64,000 bases of DNA. Source: the human T2T-CHM13v2.0 reference genome, Homo sapiens. This document shows, one piece after another, positions 53,242-64,000 of the stretch. The stretch lies in assembly GCF_009914755.1 (NCBI RefSeq), contig NC_060926.1. One strand, 5' to 3'. The position numbers and the translations under genes are program-made. Positions within the stretch are counted from its first letter, which is position 1; every line of letters starts with the position of its first letter. Under the pieces are notes generated by a model. It made no database searches. It had not been told where the DNA came from and saw only the letters and a list, made by a program, of their open reading frames with translations.

Positions 53242-54200
53242 GGCAGCTTATCTACTATAGCTAATACAATGACCTTGAAGTTAGGATGCAATGACTTTGT
53301 TAGGAAAAAATTACAGGAAAAAGTCCAGAACATCCTTTATCTGTGAAAACCAGATGAATGGGAAGCCAAGCACAGACCTGAAACCATTTGATTCCTAGGT
53401 GCATTCAGTCCATGAATAGAAAGAGGTTAGCATAGCTGGTTGTTATCCTTAGGAACATAAGTCTTTAATGATCATTAGTGGGGTTCTTTCACTTCTAAGC
53501 CCAAATCATATGCGTTTCCTTTTAAAGGTGATGGATTGCAGAAATTTTGTCACTGTGCCACATGGGACCCTCCCCTCCATGTCAGTGTCACTCTTGCCTT
53601 GGGCACATGCTTATTATGCTTAGGAGTTGTCATGGGGTGATAAGCCAACTTACTACTTTAGTCTTTTTTGGACGACAGTGCCTAGGATAATGGAATGAAC
53701 AAGGCAAAGGCAGCACAAAGAGAAGAGGTGCTAATAATGAAATAACTTCAAATAGGAAAAAGAAAATTAAAAAAAAAAGGAAACTTCCCACTAAAAGGGC
53801 CCAAATGGCTTTCATTTGAGGAAAGTACGCAAACTTAAGTGAATGAACTTTGGGATGTCATTTTGGGCCATTTCAAGACATTGTTTTTGCCTATTTCCCA
53901 GTCCTCAGTTGTGTACTCCTTGCTGGTGTTACTACATAGCTAAGTTCTGAATTGATGATATGCTTTGGTTTCATTTAGAACTGAGCACAATTTATCACCA
54001 CATTCCAGAAAAGATTGAATACTAAGGAGCCACACCAAGTCTTGTGTAAGACAGTGATGACACCCAGTGGTCATTTAGGGTCTTCATCTACATCGACCCA
54101 ATTCATAGTAAAGCTAACAAATTGCACATATTAGTATACGAAAAGTGCTGTGTGTGTGACAGCCTGTGGGGGAAGGGGCAGCTAGACTTTACAGCTCTGA

Positions 54201-54885
<685 letters not shown>

Positions 54886-55440
54886 TGGGCATTTCTTACT
54901 ATGCAATTACCTTCCCTGGTTGAACTCAGTAAAGGATTTCACTCTTATCTCTATTATACTTTTGATACTCTGTCATAATCCAAAGAATAGCTGCTGGAAT
55001 CCTGAGATGTTTAAACAAGGTTTTACTTAAGTCTTGGGATAACAAAAGGGAAATAAACATCAAAAGTAACCTGGACCCAGATGGCCGAATACTGTAAACT
55101 CTGTTGGTATGAACCATGTATTTATTGTATGAAATAACCCCATCACATAGTGAGTGACTGAAGTGAAAAAATGACATATAAAAGACTTAAAGGGTAAATG
55201 AGAGTTAGCTAGGTAAATAGTTGAGAGAAAGGCATTATAGAAAGAAGAAATAGTATGTGCAAAGTTCTGAGTCTGAAAGGGACATTTGAAAACCTGGAAG
55301 AAGGTGAGCTGGGCCAGACCACAGTGGATGAGGAGAGTATGTACGGTGGGGCTGGCAAGGTAGGCAGGAAATATATCGTGTAGGACCTAATAGATTTTTG
55401 GCCCAAGAACAATGGAAAATTCAAAAGTTTAGAAAAATTT

Positions 55441-56340
<900 letters not shown>

Positions 56341-56371
56341 GGTTTAGCTTTAATGCTGAGTTTGAGGTATC

Positions 56372-56978
56372 TCTATCAGTTAGCTACTTCTGTGTCACAA
56401 GTTACCCCAAAACTCAGTAGCTTGAAACAATAAGCATTTCTTATTGTTTGTATGTCTAAGCTCGCTCATGTGTCTGTGGAGGGCTGACTGAATTGGACGC
56501 TGGCTTGTTTGGAATGGCCTCACTCTCATGGCTGGCAGTTGGTTGGCTGTCAGCTGAGGTGACAAGGGTCACTGGGCCATCTCATCAACTAGCAGGCTAA
56601 TCTGCAGGTGGCCTGCAGTGGCGGGGACCTGAGCAAGAGAAGAATCGTAAGATGCCTTTTGAGATCCACGCTTGGAACTTGTACATTGTCACTTCCACTG
56701 TATTCTACTGACCAAAGCTAGCCATGAGGTCAGCCCAGATTCAAAAGGGGAATTGGACTTGGGGTGATCAACTCATCCTGGTTTGCTCACAATTTTGCTG
56801 GTTTCAGCACTCTAGTCCTATGTGCCAGGAAACCCCTCAGTCCTGGGCAAACTGGGATGGTCAGTCACCCTAAGCAGATGCCACCTCTTGGTGGAAAGAG
56901 CAGCAAAGTCACATGGCAAAGGGCATGGTTATAGGGAGAGATAAAGAATTGGGACATTTTTACAATCAATCCACTACA
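56372..56978. mobile_element. MLT1-type MaLR LTR
   Basis: tatcagttagcta...ttaccccaaaactcagtagcttgaaacaataagcattt start; gtcacttccactgtattctactg; gcaaagtcacatggcaaaggg. Confidence 0.65.
56760..56872. mobile_element. MER81-like hAT MITE nested in the LTR
   Basis: Terminal inverted repeats tggggtga...tcacccta; internal ggaaacccctcagtcctgggcaaactggga. Confidence 0.75.
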
Positions 56979-57809
56979 ATGCCTATGAGATTTCCAGGCA
57001 GAAGTATCAAGTATCATTTAGCTCTTAGAAGACAGATCCATCTGGAGATAAATTTGGCTTATATGTAAGTGATTATCTAATATTTATTGAGCAATTAAAT
57101 GACAGATACTAATGTAATAAATCACTAAGTTTTAATTCTCACAAATTATTAGGAGATATATATTATAGAAGTTTAAGATATTGTTTCTCAAGATAAAAAG
57201 AAAGCAAGATAAAAGGAAATTGATGGTTAGAAATAAAGATTAAAGAAACTACCAAATGCTGATATATGGCCCGCTAATGCAGCAATTTGGGGCTAATTAG
57301 CATAGGGAGACTATCCTGACACACCTTGATGAGGTTCTGATAGAGCCTGAAAATTGTTAATATTTAGAATAATGAGTCTTGACTAATTCAGGAAAGATTG
57401 GAGTGTGTTCAGCATTGCTCTGCCTGACATGAAAAGGATGTCACCACAGTTTAAATGGTTAAATGGCTTTCTATCACTTACAGCAGTGTTTCTCAAATTG
57501 GGGCCTGGAGATACCTGGGGCCACACTGTTTTTGCAATAATTATATTCCAGGTTTTTGCTTCAAAAACAAAAAATTAATATAAGTATGCCCTGGATCATT
57601 TGGATGACTATAACAGTTCTGTCATATGATTTTAGCATTCATATTTGTGTTAATAATAAAATTTGAGCCAGTAAATTCCACAGGATGTTATGGTGTGCAG
57701 TAAAAGATAAAGATGTGGCAAATCGCTCAGAGGAGAACTTTGCATAGCATAAGATACAATAGGCAGAGTGAACTCAAAACGATCTTCTAGTTGGTTAAAG
57801 CAGAAGATA

Positions 57810-57935
57810 GTTTCAGTTACTTGGGAGACTGAGGCAGGAGGATCCTTTGAGTCCAGGAGTTCGAGGCTATAGTAGCTATGATTGTGCTTTGTGCCACTGC
57901 ATTCCAGCCTGGGCAACATAGCAAGATTCTATCTC
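57810..57935 (+). mobile_element. Alu monomer / AluJ fragment
   Basis: gagactgaggcaggaggatc...ccactgcattccagcctgggcaaca. Confidence 0.8.
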
Positions 57936-57938
57936 TAG

Positions 57939-57993
<55 letters not shown>

Positions 57994-58107
57994 TATATGA
58001 GACTATTCTATCTCTAGTATATATATGTGTGTGTGTGATATGAGACTATTCTATCTCTAGTATATATATATGTGTGTGTGTGATATATGAGACTACCTTC
58101 ATATATA

Positions 58108-58160
<53 letters not shown>
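57925..58160. repeat. Compound higher-order microsatellite
   Basis: Three copies of ttctatctctag-(TA)n-(TG)n-(at)n-gagacta followed by (TG)n(TA)n. Confidence 0.9.
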
Positions 58161-58162
<2 letters not shown>

Positions 58163-58389
58163 CTCCTTATCCTTTATATAGTCCATACCTACTTGCCACA
58201 TTTGACCATAATTATCTTTATTATATATAGCTCCTTTATATATAGGAGGTAGTCTCATATTCTCTTTGAACATTGATGCATTCGGTGGATTCTGTCTTTG
58301 TATAATTTACAGCAGTTTATTATTATTAAAGGCAGTAGCAAATGCTCAATAAAGAACTTGTTTCCCATTCTCAACAATAGGTTATTTTT

Positions 58390-58883
<494 letters not shown>

Positions 58884-59914
58884 AGGTTATTTATTTTAGA
58901 TTTCATTAATGATTAGTTATTAGTATTAAAAACACAATTTAAATCTGTTTAAGCAGAATATAGAATTTATTGTCTACGGGTTCATCTGGATTCAAACAAA
59001 CCTGGGTCCAGTGACTGAGATGATGTCATCAGGATACAGACACTTTCTCTTTGGCTTTCTGCCACTATCTTTCCTCAAGTTTTCAGTAGCAGCTTCCTTA
59101 CTTTCTTTTGAATTTGAATTTTCATTGGTAGTGTCTTCAATGTCCAGAATTCTACTTACAGTCTACTCAAAGCAATTTAGACACTTTCTAAATGCTTCTC
59201 CAAATCCTGGTAGCCTGTACCTACTTGCTACATTTGACTATAATTATCTTCTCACACTGTTCTTCCAATATATACATTCAATTCTATACATTTCCCTCTC
59301 AATCTGTGCCAAAGTATCTGGGGCACTGCAGCAAACTCACATGGGTAGCATGGGAAGTTTTCAAAATTCAAGGAAAACACAATGATACCATACAAACTAA
59401 AACTATGTAGCTTGAGGTAATTCATAGTTTCAACAGGAGATTGCAAAACAGTCTTTTTGATGACATATCTTTTTGGTATGTCATTGTATTAAGCACAACT
59501 ATGTTAAAGGCAAGAAGCATGTGAAAATCAGTGTGGCACAGGGAATAAGAGTGGTGGTATCCAATCTGGTTCCAAGGTTTGAGAAGTAGTACAGGGCTCA
59601 ACAGGTACACAAATCCCATAATGATGCAATTCTGTTATTTAACTGTGATGAAATATGAATATCATCTATTCTTTCAACTCTGTGTATTCTTTTTTCAAAT
59701 GGCTAGTAAGTTGCTAGGATTTAAATACTTATTAAGTTGTTTGGATATAACTACAGTCGTGTGCCACATAATGTTTTGGTCAACAATGGGCAACATACAC
59801 AATTAATCTTGCGTTGTGTTCATTACAGCCCTTAGCATTCAAAAATTATGGCTAATGTTGTTAGTAAGAGCCACATTGAGTGACTGACCCAGAAAAAAAG
59901 ATTAAAAGTGATTG

Positions 59915-60217
59915 GGCCGGGCGCAGTGGCTCACACCTGTAATCCCAAAACTTTGGGAGGCCGAGGTGGGCAGATCACAAGGTCAGGAGATCGAGACCAT
60001 CCTGGCTAACACGGTGAAACCCTGTTTCTACTAAAAATACAAAAACGAAATTAGCCGGGCGTGGTGGTGGGCGCCTGTAGTCCCAGCTACTTGGGAGGCG
60101 GAGGCAAGAGAATGGCATGAACCCGGGAGCCGGGAGGCGAAGCTTGCAGTGAGCTGAGATCGCACCACTGCACTCCAGCCTGGGTGACAGAGCAAAACTC
60201 CATCTCAAAAAAATAAT
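59915..60217 (+). mobile_element. AluY inside Tigger3
   Basis: Target-site duplication attaaaagtgatt. Confidence 0.94.
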
Positions 60218-60945
60218 ATTAAAAGTGATTAAGAACTACAAAAGTAAAAAGTCAGTGATAATGTTTGTTTATCAGGCAGGCATGTCCCATTCCACCATAG
60301 CTATGATTTTGAAGAATAACTAAGTGATGGAAGCTGTTAAAGTATTTGCTTCCTTAAAGGCAATGGGATTAACACAAATTTGAGAAGGGTCTCTATCAGA
60401 TATGGAGATACTTCTAATGACCTGGATTGAAGCCCCAAACAGAAGCACATCCCTCTCAGCACCATGACCAACACAGCCAAAGCAAAAAGTTTGTTTGCAA
60501 TGATAAAAGAAAAGGCTGGACCTGACTACGATGTTGAATTTACTGTTTGCTCTGGGTGGTTTAAACAATTCCAGAATTGTTATCCATTACATAATGTGAA
60601 AGTGAGTGGCGAGTCTGTGAGTGCTGATGTGAAGGCAGCTGAAGAATTTTTGGAGACTTTAGAAAAGTTGACTGTGGAGGAAAATACTTGCCAGGGCAAA
60701 CTTTCATTATAGATAGAACTCTTTTGGAAATGGATGCCTAAAAGGACTTTCATCCACAAGGAAGAAGGTCAAGGTAATGCCAGGTTTCAAGGCTTTTGAG
60801 CTCAGGATAACAGTCTTGCATGGAGACAATGTTGCAGGCTACAAATTGAAACCCTTTATGATCTGGCACAGTGAGAGCCCCAGGACCTTCAAGAATATAA
60901 ATAAGCTCACACAGGCCAGTGTACTGCATTACTTAATAGTCATGA

Positions 60946-61358
<413 letters not shown>

Positions 61359-61373
61359 GCTTATTGCTGTTAA

Positions 61374-61788
<415 letters not shown>

Positions 61789-62262
61789 AGTTACAGCAGC
61801 CTTTAAAACTCACTACCTGAGGAGGACCTTCTTTCAGGCTATTTCTGCAACTGAAGAAGACACCGAGAAAACACTGATGCAAATCTGGGAGGATTACAAC
61901 ATCTATGACTGCATTAAGAAGAATCTTGCTTGGGCTTGGGGTGATGTCACCAAGGAGTGTATGGATGGCATCTGGAAGAAGAGACTCAAGAGGTTTGTCC
62001 ATGACTTTAAAGTATTTGCCAAGGATGGGGAGGCTGCAAAATCAGCAAAGCTGTGGTTAAGATGGCAAACAACTTTAACCTGGGCGTGAATGAGGATGAC
62101 AACATTGAGGAGCTCCTAGAGGTGGTTCCTGAGGAATTGACTAATGAAGAGTTGTTTGAAATGGAATAAGAATGTGTAGCTGAAGAAGAGGCAAGAGAAA
62201 AGGAAACTGTAAGAGATATAAAACAAGAACCACCAAGAAAATTCACAGTGAAGGGTTTATCA

Positions 62263-62611
<349 letters not shown>

Positions 62612-63027
62612 GTTTGAAAACATAGACCCTAACAGGGAAAGGTTTTCATTAAGAGAGAGGAATGTCCATGGCGCATTACCTGGTTACAAGCAAATCTACA
62701 ATTAAAAAATAAAAAAAGAAAGAAATCAAGCAAACCACCTTGAACATATTTCTAAAAAGAGTGACACCACCCCATTAAGAGCCTCAGGCAGGTCCTTCAG
62801 GAAGCATTTCAGAAGAAGGCATTGTTATCATAGGAAATGACAGATCAGTGCATGTAATTGATCCTGAAGACCTTCCAGTGGGACAAGATGTAGAGGTGGA
62901 AGACAGTGATATTAATGATCCTGACCCTCTATAGGGCTAGACTGATATGTGTGTTTTTATCTTAGTTTGTAACAAAAGTTTTAAAAGTAAAAAAAATAGT
63001 AAAAAATTTTAAAAATAGAAAAAAGCA

Positions 63028-63284
63028 GGCCGGGTGCCATGGCTCATGCCTGTAATCCCAGCAATTTGGGTGGCCGAGGTGGGCAGATGACTTGAAGTCA
63101 GGAGTTCAAGACCAGCCTTGCCAACATGGTGAAACCCTGTCTCTACTAGAAATACAAGAATTAGCACTGGAAATCGCTTGAACCCAGGAGCGAAAGGCTA
63201 CAGTGAGCCGAGATCATGCCATTGTACTCCACTCCAGCCTGGGTTGAGAGCGAGACTCCATCTCAAAAAAAAAAAAAAAAAAAA
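63028..63284 (+). mobile_element. AluS with an internal deletion, inside Tigger3
   Basis: Right arm lacks its 5' part (attagcactggaaatcgcttg). Confidence 0.9.
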
Positions 63285-63420
63285 CACCTTATAGAATAAG
63301 GATATAAAGAAAATATTTTTGTACAGCTATACAATGTATGTTTTAAGATAAGTATTATCACAAAAGAGTCAAAAAGTTAAAGAAAACTTTAAAAGTTTAT
63401 AAAGTAAAAAAGTAGTAGTA

Positions 63421-63734
<314 letters not shown>

Positions 63735-63955
63735 CGCAACAGTAAGCGAAGGTTAATTTATTATTGAAGAAAAAATTTTAAATATATTTAGTGTAGCCGA
63801 AGTGTCTACCATAGTGTACAGTAATGTCCTAGGCCTTCACATTCACTGACTGACACCCTGAGCAACTTTCAAGTCCTGCAAGCTTCATTCATGGTAAGTG
63901 GTCTATACAGGTATACCATTTTAAATTTTATATGCCATATTTTTACCATGTCTTT

Positions 63956-64000
63956 TCTTTTTTTCATTATACTTTAAGTTCTAGGGTACATGGGCACAAT
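63956..64000 (-). mobile_element. L1PA 3' end running off the window
   Basis: ttattatactttaagttctagggtacatg-like terminus of primate L1. Confidence 0.8.

Noticed and set aside
57925-58095. Repeat-spacer pattern superficially like a CRISPR array
   Set aside because: Spacers are TA/TG microsatellites, the context is eukaryotic and there are no cas genes

Overview
Human (primate) genomic DNA recognisable as the chromosome 2q31 METAP1D-DLX1-DLX2 locus. From left to right: coding exons 2-10 of METAP1D (+ strand; mitochondrial methionine aminopeptidase; exon 1 lies upstream of the window), DLX1 (+, 3 exons, 255 aa) and DLX2 (-, 3 exons, 328 aa) in the tail-to-tail Dlx bigene arrangement. Blocks matching the known Dlx1/2 enhancers are present: URE2 in METAP1D intron 6, and I12b and I12a between the genes. 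An Alu-free, CpG-island-rich domain spans about 9.5-44.8 kb. To its right is an Alu/L1/MIR/LTR-rich flank ending in a decayed Tigger3 (Golem) DNA transposon interrupted by six Alus. All exon boundaries were read from GT/AG sites and the spliced frames close correctly. I see no convincing new protein-coding system; most ORF-track entries are Alu-derived or GC-rich noise. The best leads are regulatory: a paired-homeodomain word AATTA-N3-6-(T/C)AATT shared by all three enhancers and DLX1 intron 1; stacked uORFs in the DLX1 leader; a 3n DLX2 intron 1 with a single in-frame stop; a decoy copy of the METAP1D exon-4 acceptor; a compact E-box/CRE/X-box/CCAAT module at the DLX2 promoter; and a consensus CTCF site at the domain edge. 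Enhancer, lncRNA and repeat-subfamily names come from memory and need database confirmation.
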